Shown piece after piece: positions 63,518-64,000 of a stretch of 64,000 nucleotides of DNA. How positions within the stretch are numbered: the stretch's first letter is position 1; each line of letters begins with the position of its first letter. The DNA is taken from NCBI GenBank assembly GCA_004022145.1, contig RCNU01000002.1; one strand, written 5' to 3'. The notes under the pieces are model-generated. The model did no database searches. It worked only from the letters and a program-made list of their open reading frames with translations, and was not told where the DNA came from. This stretch comes from Paecilomyces variotii (lineage: Eukaryota). The position numbers were made by a program, and so were the translations under genes.

Positions 63518-64000
63518 AAAATGTGACACCACGCCCGGTTTTACCAGTTTGTTCTATTCGCAAGAGTCAATTGTAAATCTAGCACGCTAGGTATAGTTGT
63601 GTCACCATTACAGTCCCTTCTGGCTGGTACCCAAGCAATTATAAACCAAGTTACTCCAATTGATGCTTGTAGTTCAATAGTGGCGGGAACGATCTTCTGC
63701 TATGACAGACGATGATGACACTTTCAGAGTCTTTGAAAAGTCGAGAGCAAGAAAGTCTATTACAGTTTATGCAACACATAACAAAGAAAATAGAAAAGTC
63801 AATGTTGTATTGTAACCCGCAGCCTAGTTGTCGAGATCGGATGGGAAACTCCGCGACGGTAACGTGCAGAGGGACAGATAGCGCGAAGTGGGTTATATAT
63901 ATGCAGAGATAGTTATCCCTCATATTGGCGCTGTCCGGTGTAATAAAAGAGCAACGACTTTCTCTTAGCGCGAAAATGTCAGCTAAGTATATTTTCCGTC

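Overview
Eukaryotic, intron-containing DNA from a filamentous ascomycete, most likely Eurotiales (inferred from gene content, GT-AG introns with CTAAC/CTGAC branch sites and RIP-type mutation). Bases 1-16.6 kb are gene-dense: a small secreted Cys-rich protein, an MFS transporter, a GT8, a class I glutamine amidotransferase, OPI10/Hikeshi, a NUDIX hydrolase, then RPB8, ELP4, SEN34 and POP4, four neighbours with roles in tRNA biogenesis. A ~6.8 kb gene-free stretch follows, then a triple zinc-ribbon gene, a ~410 bp MITE and an intact PD-(D/E)xK-like nuclease gene. The main feature is a 9.1 kb RIP-destroyed Mutator-like transposon (30849-39989). It has ~356 bp TIRs, a 9-bp TSD, a transposase readable after reversing transitions, a possible second convergent gene, and a nested, even more degraded 2.2 kb TIR element. 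The right part holds a 2OG-Fe(II) oxygenase, tRNA-Thr(CGT), GMF (missed by the ORF track), a molybdopterin-binding-domain protein, Ras, an HNH nuclease pseudogene with strand-biased G>A damage, an SDR, a large hypothetical protein and an SRPK-like kinase. A 9-mer, TACTCCGTA, is strongly enriched in intergenic DNA. All family calls come from motif recognition by eye, not database searches.
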